Source: Shigella phage vB_SdyM_006
Length of the DNA stretch: 64,000 nucleotides
Sequence record: MK295204
Reading direction: 5' to 3' (one strand)
This document shows positions 18,289 to 27,024 of this stretch, piece by piece. Position 1 is the first letter of the stretch. Each line of letters opens with the position of its first letter. The notes beneath the pieces were generated by a model. That model was not told where the DNA came from and searched no databases. It saw only the letters and a program-made list of their open reading frames with translations. Made by a program: the position numbers and the translations under genes.

Positions 18289-19436
18289 AGTTCGTCCATA
18301 GCATTAAGTTCTTCAATAGTAGAACGAATACCAGATGAACCAAAAACGTGTTCTTCCACTTTTAGATTCATTAAGTCTTCAACTTCTTGTTCTACTGATT
18401 CGTCATTAATCATCTGTCCTAATTTATAACGTGTTTCAATAGCTTCACGGAACGGGCCATGTTTTAATAATGGTCCCCAGAATGCTACGCATCTTGTATC
18501 TTTAGCACGCCAATTCTTTTCTTCAGGAACGATTTCACCCGTTTCTGTGTCTAAAAATGCTTGAGTATACCAGCCATTTTTAGGTTTAACAACAAATCCT
18601 AATTCCAGACCCATATCAAGCAAACCAGAATAAGGGTCAATACCGCCATCAAATGTGACATCAATAAAGAATTTAGATTTTTCTTTAACTGTACGTGATT
18701 TTTCGACATTTAATACAAATTGATAACCTTGAAGATCTGTACCATCTTTAATTTGACGTCGACCAATAATATATACATTATCAGCAGAATACATTACACC
18801 TGTTCCGCCTGTCATAACAGTTTTACTAAACATTTCCATTGTTTCAATTGTATGGTTAATCCCGACACATGGAATATCTTTTAATGTAAAATATGGAGTG
18901 GCCATACGGAACAATGATTTTAACTGCTTGGCCCGTGTCATATCTGCAACAGATTTTTCATTTAATGCATCTTCAACTTCTTTCTTAGAAGCCAGGTTAC
19001 CAATAGAGTCGATAAATACAATAACCTTTTCACCTCGTTCAATAGTTTCTAATTGATTAATCATATCAATTTTAAGTTCTTCAACGTTTTTAACTGGTGT
19101 ATGAACAACACGGTCTGGGTCAACACCCATAGAACGAAGATAAGCACTTGTGATACCAAATTCTGAGTCATAAAATAAGCAAATTGCATCTTTATATGCT
19201 TTCATATAAGCAGCAACTAATGTTAAACCCATATTTGATTTAAAGTGTTTACTTGGACCAGCTAAAATAGTAATACCAGATTGAAGGCCACCTGTGATAT
19301 CACCGGACAATGCAATATTTAATGTTGGAATTTTAGTTCTTACAACAGACTTCTCATTAAAAAACTTTGATTCACTAAGTACAGAAGTCATTTTATTTGT
19401 TGAAGCTTTCATTAAACGTGTTTTTAAGTCTGACAT
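18285..19436 (-). CDS. uvsX: UvsX recombinase (RecA/Rad51-like)
   Basis: 383 aa; MSDLKTRLMKASTNK...ILAGPSKHFKSN...near-collinear with remembered T4 UvsX. Confidence 0.9.
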   Translation of the reverse strand: MSDLKTRLMKASTNKMTSVLSESKFFNEKSVVRTKIPTLNIALSGDITGGLQSGITILAGPSKHFKSNMGLTLVAAYMKAYKDAICLFYDSEFGITSAYLRSMGVDPDRVVHTPVKNVEELKIDMINQLETIERGEKVIVFIDSIGNLASKKEVEDALNEKSVADMTRAKQLKSLFRMATPYFTLKDIPCVGINHTIETMEMFSKTVMTGGTGVMYSADNVYIIGRRQIKDGTDLQGYQFVLNVEKSRTVKEKSKFFIDVTFDGGIDPYSGLLDMGLELGFVVKPKNGWYTQAFLDTETGEIVPEEKNWRAKDTRCVAFWGPLLKHGPFREAIETRYKLGQMINDESVEQEVEDLMNLKVEEHVFGSSGIRSTIEELNAMDEL

Positions 19437-19490
19437 TTTTTATCCTTTAAAAATGACAAACATAATATTTTACTCAAATCACAAATTAAT

Positions 19491-20405
19491 TTAGATTTCC
19501 CAAATTGGGCCTTGAACTATAATATCTTCGTATTTAGGTAATGCATAAATGCATTGTACATTACATTTAAAATATATAAATTCTGCTAAACCTGGATGGA
19601 ATACTTTTTCTGGGTTTTCTTCATATATGATAGTTGGTTTAGACTTCAATGCATGGTAATAATTAGGCTTATTTAATTTTAATAATTCACAATCAGGATA
19701 TTTTTCTTTATCCCAAGAATCATTAGGGTCTGTTATAACCAATTTCAAATCATATCTTTTACATAGTTTATACACATAATCAAAATCATAACATTTATCT
19801 GATATCCTAAACGGAAAGAATACTGTATTCTTCCAATCAAAGTCTATACAAGATTGTTGCATAAACTTCTCAGGAACACCAGGACGAATTACTTCTTGTG
19901 TGACAAGTATTTTATCACTATACGCCCCATAACTAACTAGAACGTCTTTCTGGCACTTATTTAAGACTGTTGTATAGATACTTGAGTTAACAGATTCAAC
20001 ATCAGTATAAATGAACTCGTCTATATATGATCTTGGATTCAAAGGGTCTTTAGTAATATTAAAATTATAAAATACTGGAAAGGTTCCTTTATATCCTGTT
20101 ATATCAGAAACTACTGCATCTAAATGGTAAAATTCGGCAATAGAATCGATAATAAATGTATTATATTCCCAGAAATATTTTCGAGTTTTATATGCATTTT
20201 CTTGATAAACAACTTCTTCAAAAATCACGTTAGGAAAATATTCTTTAAGTTCAGTTATATCTTCGCATTGTAAACTATGAGGAATTACAATTACATCTCC
20301 ATCTTGGTACCGATTTAAATGTAATTGAAGATTACCGTCTTTTAACAGGGAGTATTTCCCTGTTTTATAAGACCTCATAGAATAGATAGGCACAATTAAA
20401 TTCAT
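19491..20405 (-). CDS. hypothetical protein in beta-gt position (candidate transferase, unproven)
   Basis: 304 aa, ATG start; occupies the slot of beta-glucosyltransferase next to gene 42 but shows no resemblance to remembered T4 beta-gt. Confidence 0.3.
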   Translation of the reverse strand: MNLIVPIYSMRSYKTGKYSLLKDGNLQLHLNRYQDGDVIVIPHSLQCEDITELKEYFPNVIFEEVVYQENAYKTRKYFWEYNTFIIDSIAEFYHLDAVVSDITGYKGTFPVFYNFNITKDPLNPRSYIDEFIYTDVESVNSSIYTTVLNKCQKDVLVSYGAYSDKILVTQEVIRPGVPEKFMQQSCIDFDWKNTVFFPFRISDKCYDFDYVYKLCKRYDLKLVITDPNDSWDKEKYPDCELLKLNKPNYYHALKSKPTIIYEENPEKVFHPGLAEFIYFKCNVQCIYALPKYEDIIVQGPIWEI

Positions 20406-20415
20406 AATTATTCTC

Positions 20416-21108
20416 TTATAGAAATGAATTTACATATTCTATATCACGTTCAAAAATATGCGCAGAAACCATTGAATGTGTGTAATGGCCAATTTCTACG
20501 TTACATTCTGAAGCAATATATTCCATTAATTTACCTTGTAAGTAAATATCAAGTTGTAATACTATAGCACAATTTTGAGAACGCATATGAGTATGGGCAT
20601 ATAATTTATTATCACGAATATAATATGTGACAGAATCAGTACATGGATATTCCAATGTTTCGTCGTCAAGTGATAATAATGCTTGGTCTTGTTCTTGAAG
20701 AATTTGAAAAACAACACGTCTCGAACCAGGTTTTTCTTTAAGTTCTTTAAGTAAAACTGGAAGTTGAGCTACAATACGAGGACCATAGAATGTATTGAAG
20801 TTTTCTGGAAGGATATCGCTTTTAGGCTTATCAATAAATTTAGCAACATTAGGATATTCTTTAAATGCTTCAATAGCGTTGGTCCCACCAGAAATCATAA
20901 ATTGCCAGAAATCTTCTGCGTACTTATAATCAATACGGTTTATTTTTTCGTCACTAAATTTATATGTAGAAGGGTCCATTACACGAAATGTTAATGACCC
21001 TATTTCTCTACATGGCCCAATACGAGAATCTACTTTAAATTCATATAGATCAATAACGGTTTCATTAACAGCTTTAAAAGCTTCTTCAAAAGTATTTCTG
21101 ATAATCAT
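20416..21108 (-). CDS. 42: dCMP hydroxymethylase-like (thymidylate synthase superfamily) gp42
   Basis: 230 aa; EYPCTDSVTYYIRD (active-site Cys region) and RSQNCAIVLQLD resemble gp42/TS motifs; position as T4 gene 42. Confidence 0.7.
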   Translation of the reverse strand: MIIRNTFEEAFKAVNETVIDLYEFKVDSRIGPCREIGSLTFRVMDPSTYKFSDEKINRIDYKYAEDFWQFMISGGTNAIEAFKEYPNVAKFIDKPKSDILPENFNTFYGPRIVAQLPVLLKELKEKPGSRRVVFQILQEQDQALLSLDDETLEYPCTDSVTYYIRDNKLYAHTHMRSQNCAIVLQLDIYLQGKLMEYIASECNVEIGHYTHSMVSAHIFERDIEYVNSFL

Positions 21109-21479
21109 AACATTTCCTGTAATTTTTTAGAGTAATTCATTAAAAACACTAATAATGGTTGTGCCTCTGGTGGTGTTTGTTGTAATTTTTTAGATTCAAC
21201 GACACCATTATACACTGGAAATCCTTTAGCCTTTTTGGTTTGACCTATTTTAATGGCTAATTTATTACGTGCATTAAACAATTCGATCATTTGTTTATCT
21301 ATTTCTTGAATAGCTTTACGATCTTCGTCTAATGTGTCTTTAACATGCCCTTTTAATTGTTCTTTTAATTGTTCTTTGATTAATCTTTGATTACATTCTT
21401 TAATAAATCCTTTAGGAAACGGTGGTACTTCTATCCCAGGATAAATAGGCCAAACCGGTGCGCCATCTATATGATGCAT
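21105..21479 (-). CDS. chorismate mutase-like (AroQ class) protein
   Basis: 124 aa; residues ~45-124 DRKAIQEIDKQMIELFNARNKLAIKIGQTKK...YSKKLQE align to AroQ catalytic positions (R, R, K, E, S, Q); ATGA coupling with gene 42. Confidence 0.45.
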   Translation of the reverse strand: MHHIDGAPVWPIYPGIEVPPFPKGFIKECNQRLIKEQLKEQLKGHVKDTLDEDRKAIQEIDKQMIELFNARNKLAIKIGQTKKAKGFPVYNGVVESKKLQQTPPEAQPLLVFLMNYSKKLQEML

Positions 21480-21664
21480 TATTTCACCTCTATTGAAATG
21501 TTTATACGTTCTACAGGTCTAGGAAGTTCTAAATAAATATTATTTCCTTTAGACCTTACTTTATATCCTTGGGCTTTAAATGTATCTATAATGATTTGTT
21601 TACAGCTACTTGAATAAATCACACCATTTTTATTAGGAGTATCGGTCTCAATTAATTTTACCAT
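21479..21664 (-). CDS. hypothetical protein
   Basis: 61 aa, ATG start, 1-nt overlaps on both sides. Confidence 0.3.
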   Translation of the reverse strand: MVKLIETDTPNKNGVIYSSSCKQIIIDTFKAQGYKVRSKGNNIYLELPRPVERINISIEVK

Positions 21665-21873
21665 TATTTACCTACTATTTTGCCAGTTTCTGGTCCTTCA
21701 TACAAAGTGGACTTTACTATAAAGTCACTTAACCCTTTATTATATCTTTTAAACTTTGACACTTCAGAATCACATATTAATTGAGCTAGATTCTCTTGAT
21801 ACATCATTAAGCAGGGAATAACCCTGCTTAAAAAGGTTTTCTTTGTATTAATTTTCTGGATATCTTGATTCAT
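21664..21873 (-). CDS. hypothetical protein
   Basis: Track start is GTG at 21882; first ATG at 21873; overlaps 3' end of next ORF. Confidence 0.25.
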   Translation of the reverse strand: MNQDIQKINTKKTFLSRVIPCLMMYQENLAQLICDSEVSKFKRYNKGLSDFIVKSTLYEGPETGKIVGK

Positions 21874-23014
21874 CGTCAGCACCGTCTAAAACTTTAATTT
21901 CAATTTCGTCTGGACGACGATCATTTTTAGATAATTGACGTTTATAATATCGTTCACAATATTTACAAGTCGTTCCGCAGATTTCGTTAGCACAATCAAA
22001 ATCAGGGTGTTTAAACCATCGTTTCTCTAAAAATCCATCTAACAATGATGTTTCTAAATACACCTGGTGTTCATGATCTAATTCTGATTTACCATTATAA
22101 ATTGTTTCTAATGGTTTCCAAAGTTCAAGTAAATTACCTGTGAATTGTTCTGATGCATAGGCTTCTAGAACTTTAACAATATATTCTGTTGTGCCTGTAC
22201 GTCCAGAAACTTTAAATTGAGAAATACCAATAGAACGATATAACTCTAAATCTTGTGGACGAACAAATCGAGTTCTAAGCCAGTTAAACGGGTCTGTATC
22301 ACGGGCTTTAATACAATGTTGCATTGGATATCCACCTAAAGATTGAGCATCTTCAGCTGTTATATCTGTAGAATGGAAAATATAACAAGAATCTCTGTAA
22401 GAACAGTGTGTTGTATATCCTTTACCAGCATTAGAACAAAATTCATTAACTAAGACTTCAAAAATAATATTATTTTTATTACAGAACTCAGCTGCACGTT
22501 TTAAGAACGAAACACTTCGGTTTTTATGAATACCACAACAAACTTTTTTAATATTATATTGGTCATGAAGATATTTTATTTGTGTGACAGCATCAACGTG
22601 TAGAATAGTCGAAACTTCAAATTGAATATGTTTATTTACTTCACGGATGATTTCCATAATAATTGGATTGGCAACAGTCACACGATAAACGCCAATACTC
22701 CATAAATATTGAACATAATCTTGGATGGCTTTCTTTTTCCAATCCTGTAGTTCACGTTTAGAGCCAGGGTTAATCGTGTTCAAAGTATAGTTGAAACATA
22801 TTCCTAAATCATTACAACGTTGTACGTATATTTCTAGTTGTTCGTCTTTGACATCCGGTAATCTAAAATCTGGTCGTGCTGCAGCAAAAGCCATTGCACG
22901 TGTACTTCCATAAACTTCATTAATAACACTATTAGGATATTTTTCGTTTAATTCAACGATTTTATCAAGTAAAGCCAAATCAAAATTTGTTCCTACTTTA
23001 AATGTATTTTTCAT
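21848..23014 (-). CDS. peptidase U32-family-like protein (RlhA/TrhP/UbiU-type, candidate Fe-S hydroxylase)
   Basis: Track start TTG 23032 lies in terminator hairpin; ATG at 23014 has AAGGA Shine-Dalgarno; GISQFKVSGRTGTTEY resembles U32 signature G[VI]xx[FL]K[IV]EGR; EFCSNAGKGYTTHCS Cys motif; C-terminal CxxxxCxxxCxxC. Confidence 0.45.
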   Translation of the reverse strand: MKNTFKVGTNFDLALLDKIVELNEKYPNSVINEVYGSTRAMAFAAARPDFRLPDVKDEQLEIYVQRCNDLGICFNYTLNTINPGSKRELQDWKKKAIQDYVQYLWSIGVYRVTVANPIIMEIIREVNKHIQFEVSTILHVDAVTQIKYLHDQYNIKKVCCGIHKNRSVSFLKRAAEFCNKNNIIFEVLVNEFCSNAGKGYTTHCSYRDSCYIFHSTDITAEDAQSLGGYPMQHCIKARDTDPFNWLRTRFVRPQDLELYRSIGISQFKVSGRTGTTEYIVKVLEAYASEQFTGNLLELWKPLETIYNGKSELDHEHQVYLETSLLDGFLEKRWFKHPDFDCANEICGTTCKYCERYYKRQLSKNDRRPDEIEIKVLDGADDESRYPEN

Positions 23015-23030
23015 TTTAGTCCTTATTACC

Positions 23031-23049
23031 AAAAAGGCCTTTCGGCCTT
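23031..23049 (-). terminator. intrinsic terminator hairpin (AAGGCC-GAAA-GGCCUU plus U-run)
   Basis: aaaaaggcctttcggcctt; near-identical copy at 47483-47502. Confidence 0.55.
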
Positions 23050-23052
23050 ATA

Positions 23053-23259
23053 TTATTTTTTCTTTAACTGTGTTGCTGCGTCTTCTAATTTAAGAGACAT
23101 ATCTTTAAAATTAACATCTTTGCCTTGAATACCAGAAACAATGCCAGAAACAAGAATCATAAATGCTAATAATACCGCAAACAATAATACAAAAACCGAA
23201 CACGCTACACCAATAAGAATACCTAATACAAGATTTTTAAAATAGTTTAATACTTTCAT
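23053..23259 (-). CDS. small membrane protein (imm-like by position)
   Basis: 68 aa, hydrophobic LVLGILIGVACSVFVLLFAVLLAFMILVSGIV; lies between genes 42 and 43 as imm in T4. Confidence 0.35.
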   Translation of the reverse strand: MKVLNYFKNLVLGILIGVACSVFVLLFAVLLAFMILVSGIVSGIQGKDVNFKDMSLKLEDAATQLKKK

Positions 23260-23819
23260 AATTGTCCTAATTTCGTGTTAATATAATTTGTTACATCTGC
23301 ATAAGAATAACCAGATAGAACATTATTATTTGAATCATGTTCTAATAACTTAAAATTTCTAATACCAAATTCTTCATAAAACATGTCATACACCGTAATG
23401 ATATCATTGAACTGTTCTTTTGATAACTTAATTAAGTCATCTTCAAAATCAGAATTAATTTTATTTCTAGTTAATCCGATAACCAAACATTTGTTTTTTA
23501 AATTAATAAGGTCCATAACATAATTATTAAATGTTTCTTGAGTCTCTTTAATAACAAATGATTTACCATGGTGTTTACGATAGATATAATAAACCATATT
23601 ACTTAAAAAGCAACGGTCTAATATATACTTTTTAGATGGGTCTAAATGATTTAGCATTGTATCAAAAATTGCTACTTCATTACGAGTAGCAATAGTAAAT
23701 AATCCATCTGAAGTTTTCTTAGGGAACTCTAATAAAGTAAATCCTTCATTATTGATTAAGTGTTGTATTAGAGTTGTTTTACCAGTATTATCAGGTCCTT
23801 CAATAGCAACAATATTCAT
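23256..23819 (-). CDS. P-loop kinase (thymidylate/nucleoside-kinase-like)
   Basis: 187 aa; MNIVAIEGPDNTGKTTL Walker A at N-terminus typical of small nucleotide/sugar kinases; ATGA coupling. Confidence 0.5.
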   Translation of the reverse strand: MNIVAIEGPDNTGKTTLIQHLINNEGFTLLEFPKKTSDGLFTIATRNEVAIFDTMLNHLDPSKKYILDRCFLSNMVYYIYRKHHGKSFVIKETQETFNNYVMDLINLKNKCLVIGLTRNKINSDFEDDLIKLSKEQFNDIITVYDMFYEEFGIRNFKLLEHDSNNNVLSGYSYADVTNYINTKLGQL

Positions 23820-24193
23820 TTTATCTCCGGAGTATATGGTTTGGCCGATTCTAAAGTAGACATTCTAACATGGTTTTTAAATGTTTGTGGGTCCATTGCT
23901 TTGTCATCGATAATCCAGTCATAAGATGGTTTATGGGTCAAAAGCTCATGATATTTCAATCCAATTTTATTAAGATTAATAACGAGTCCAGGAACTATTT
24001 CTGATGCTATTTTACCAGGTCCAACAGAAGTCATACCACGAGAAGTATAAAGTGTGATATGATGGCCCTGGTCGTACAGGGCGTTAATCATAGCTACCAT
24101 TTCTTCATCAGGTACAAAGTTCTCATAATCTCTATTATTATTCCATAATGTGATTGTATTATCAATGTCAAAAAACAGTTTTAAAGGTTTCAT
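23816..24193 (-). CDS. HAD-superfamily phosphatase
   Basis: 125 aa; LFFDIDNTIT = HAD motif I DxDxT; ATGA coupling with flanking genes. Confidence 0.55.
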   Translation of the reverse strand: MKPLKLFFDIDNTITLWNNNRDYENFVPDEEMVAMINALYDQGHHITLYTSRGMTSVGPGKIASEIVPGLVINLNKIGLKYHELLTHKPSYDWIIDDKAMDPQTFKNHVRMSTLESAKPYTPEIK

Positions 24194-25839
24194 TTAATTA
24201 AAATCCATTGTTTATGCAATTCTGATTGAATATGATTCATCATATAAACTTGTCCGGTTTCTCTATCATGGAGTTCCCATTTAGAAGGACATTTAGTAAT
24301 AATAGAGGCTGTCACGGGTTCTTTTGTTTCAGGAACTATTGCTCCATCTGTAAGGACACGTGGAAGCCCTTTAACAAATGAAGTTAATAAGTACATTCCA
24401 TAAAAATATGCAGATACCGCTTTTAATGGATTATTTTTAAAATATCCACCTAATGCTATCCAGATAATTCCTAGCCATAATTTATGTTTTGGCGTAACAA
24501 AATCTTGGTCTAAATAATCTGTCATTAAAGGTTTAATATCAACTATTGCTGAATCTCCTTCAATAGATAGACCACCCCATAATGGGTCTGCATTAAACTC
24601 GTCATATCCACTTAAAGCATAGAGAATTTTAGCTTCGTCATAAGTTCGTGGACCATAAAGTTCAGTGTGTCCAAAATATCCTCGTGGGTCAATAAATTTT
24701 ATTTCATTATCATCACTAAGCATAATATTACTAAAATTTAAGTCACCATGAATTAATTGATATTCTGTTTCTTTTAAATGAGGTAAAACTCTTTTTAAAA
24801 GACGGTTCAATGAGCCAATTTTAACCCCGTTAACATATTTGATTCCAAAAGAATCAATCATGTCTTGAATAGATGCACACCGGTCAATAACTTTTGTATA
24901 AGCTTCTTGTTTAATGTCGGCATCAATCTGATTCTTTTCAGGAATATATCTATCCCCAAATACACTTTCTTTGAGAATTTTTGGCAATAATTCTGGTGTA
25001 AACTTTTCATACATAGAAGAACCGTAGATTCTTTCCATTGTCATGATATTACATGTTTCTGTAGGTGTCATATAAATCATAGGAACATTACGGACACCTT
25101 TTAAATTAAGATACCAATTAAGTTCCTTTTTCTGAAGTTCTTCACCTTTAGGGTTTAAAGCTTTTTTAATAACATAACCATCTTTTAATGTAATTTCATT
25201 AAACTCTCGATTTAATTCTTTACTATCATGGGCTTGCCTTAATTTAGGAATATCGCCAATATCAATTAAATCAAATAAACTTTCTTCTTGAAAATCTGAA
25301 GCTTTTAAAAACTCTACAAAATCATGCCCTTTAGTTATATAATCAGGAATAGGTTCTAAAAAATCAAAATTTGTTTGATAGATACCAACGATGTTTCCAC
25401 CTGTAGCACCAACGTTATCGATTTTTCCATCTTTAAAACTATATCGACATTTATCCCCGTAAGTATAAATTTTATTTTTACCCCATTCGAATTCACGTCG
25501 TCCGTAAAATTTAGGAATAACATCACACCAATTGTAAATGACATTATGTCCATCAACATCAGAATGGATTTTATTAATTGCATACATAGAACCGTATGCT
25601 TCATCAACACATCTAACAGTTATAGTTAAGCCCATAGTTTTTGCATAACCTTGAACAAGGTCTTTAAATTTACTATGGACTACAACAATAATTTCTTCTG
25701 CCCCAACATTAGTATACAAATCATATAAATGTTTTAAAACAGTATGTTGTTTATAATTGACTAAGACTTTTGGAATATGTGATGTAATAGGATAAAGTCT
25801 GGTCGCAAGACCAGAACCAAGAATAACAACTTTCTTCAT
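24190..25839 (-). CDS. bifunctional sugar-1-phosphate nucleotidyltransferase / APH-choline-kinase-like kinase
   Basis: 549 aa; N-terminal VVILGSGLATRLYP (G-x-G-T-R-L NTP-transferase motif); C-terminal LIHGDLNFSNIML...IDPRG (Brenner kinase motif). Confidence 0.6.
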   Translation of the reverse strand: MKKVVILGSGLATRLYPITSHIPKVLVNYKQHTVLKHLYDLYTNVGAEEIIVVVHSKFKDLVQGYAKTMGLTITVRCVDEAYGSMYAINKIHSDVDGHNVIYNWCDVIPKFYGRREFEWGKNKIYTYGDKCRYSFKDGKIDNVGATGGNIVGIYQTNFDFLEPIPDYITKGHDFVEFLKASDFQEESLFDLIDIGDIPKLRQAHDSKELNREFNEITLKDGYVIKKALNPKGEELQKKELNWYLNLKGVRNVPMIYMTPTETCNIMTMERIYGSSMYEKFTPELLPKILKESVFGDRYIPEKNQIDADIKQEAYTKVIDRCASIQDMIDSFGIKYVNGVKIGSLNRLLKRVLPHLKETEYQLIHGDLNFSNIMLSDDNEIKFIDPRGYFGHTELYGPRTYDEAKILYALSGYDEFNADPLWGGLSIEGDSAIVDIKPLMTDYLDQDFVTPKHKLWLGIIWIALGGYFKNNPLKAVSAYFYGMYLLTSFVKGLPRVLTDGAIVPETKEPVTASIITKCPSKWELHDRETGQVYMMNHIQSELHKQWILIK

Positions 25840-25886
25840 TTCAAATCCTTATTAATTTAGTGTATAAGAATAGTATCATTAAATTC

Positions 25887-26519
25887 TTATAAGCTCTCAC
25901 TTTTAAGGGCTTTACCTAATGACCCACCAGGATGAAATGTTAAAAAGTCTTGACGTGTAAATCCACGTTCTGCAGATAGATTAATAGCAAAGGTGTCAAT
26001 TAGTGCTAAAAGAACTGTTGTGCTTGTAGTTGGAGCGAGATTGTTCTCATCTGATTCTACAACGTTACCAGTACAAAAATCATAGTCAAAAATAGAACGT
26101 GTACCTTGGTATAGGTCTTCATTACAATGTAACAAGATTTGTTTAACATTTGGTCTAATCTGACGTAGATGTTGAGCAGCATATAAAAGTTCTTGTGTTT
26201 TACCAGAACGAGAAATATGAATAATAACATCATTAGGACCAATAAAACCTGCATCGCCGTGAGAATAATGAGCTGTATTTAAATACATACTTGGAATTCC
26301 AAGTGAAGCAAATGTTTCTGAAGCCTTAGTGGCGATATTAGCATTTTTACCAATGCCTGTTATGATTACTCGACTTTCATAGTTAGATAAACCAGGCGCT
26401 CTTAGAACGTCTAATATTTGATTATACTTATCGGCATCCATTGTAATAGTAAGTCCAAGCGCATGTAAAGTTTTAGCTTGAATCATAATAGAACTACAAG
26501 CTCTTTTAATTGGATTCAT
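25887..26519 (-). CDS. SIS-domain sugar-phosphate isomerase (KdsD/GutQ-like arabinose-5-phosphate isomerase)
   Basis: 210 aa; VIITGIGKNANIATK...HISRSGKTQEL...APTTSTTVLLALIDTFA...HPGGSLGKAL aligns with KdsD SIS domain. Confidence 0.65.
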   Translation of the reverse strand: MNPIKRACSSIMIQAKTLHALGLTITMDADKYNQILDVLRAPGLSNYESRVIITGIGKNANIATKASETFASLGIPSMYLNTAHYSHGDAGFIGPNDVIIHISRSGKTQELLYAAQHLRQIRPNVKQILLHCNEDLYQGTRSIFDYDFCTGNVVESDENNLAPTTSTTVLLALIDTFAINLSAERGFTRQDFLTFHPGGSLGKALKSESL

Positions 26520-26969
26520 TTATTTTTTCTCGCAAAGTTTCTTTAATGTAGGAATGTCATACTTAACAACCTGAGAATAATCACCAGTTGTCATTGCATT
26601 TTGTTGCATAACACGGTATGTGATAACAGCTCGTTGATAACAATTGAGCTCAACTTTTTTAGGTTGTTCCATTGGAGGAAGATTTCTATCTTTAGCTAAT
26701 TGAGCGTCAACTCGTGCTGAAGCTTCTGCGATTTCAGCACGAACACGTAATCTGTCTGCTTCTCTTTTGGCATCAAGTTGACGTTCTAATTCAGCTCTAG
26801 ATTGATATTGTGGATTTTTATTAAAATAAGCGATTCCATTAGATGTTGATGCTAACTGCCCAGATTGTTGCATTCTAGCTTCACGTTTAGCTTTATAAGC
26901 TTCGTATTCAGCTTGGCTCATACATCCAGTCATAGTTAAACAAATAAGGCCGATTAAAATGTGTTTCAT
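26520..26969 (-). CDS. predicted lipoprotein
   Basis: Track start TTG; ATG at 26969 with GAGGAG Shine-Dalgarno; MKHILIGLICLTMTGC signal plus lipobox; Ala/Arg/Gln-rich mature part. Confidence 0.45.
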   Translation of the reverse strand: MKHILIGLICLTMTGCMSQAEYEAYKAKREARMQQSGQLASTSNGIAYFNKNPQYQSRAELERQLDAKREADRLRVRAEIAEASARVDAQLAKDRNLPPMEQPKKVELNCYQRAVITYRVMQQNAMTTGDYSQVVKYDIPTLKKLCEKK

Positions 26970-27024
26970 AATATGTCTCCTCAATAAATTTAATCGGAAC
27001 TATATCACTTATTTTGTGTCAGCA

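Noticed and set aside
21848-23032. Longer TTG-initiated version of the U32-like ORF
   Set aside because: The TTG lies inside the terminator hairpin and lacks a Shine-Dalgarno; the ATG at 23014 has AAGGA upstream
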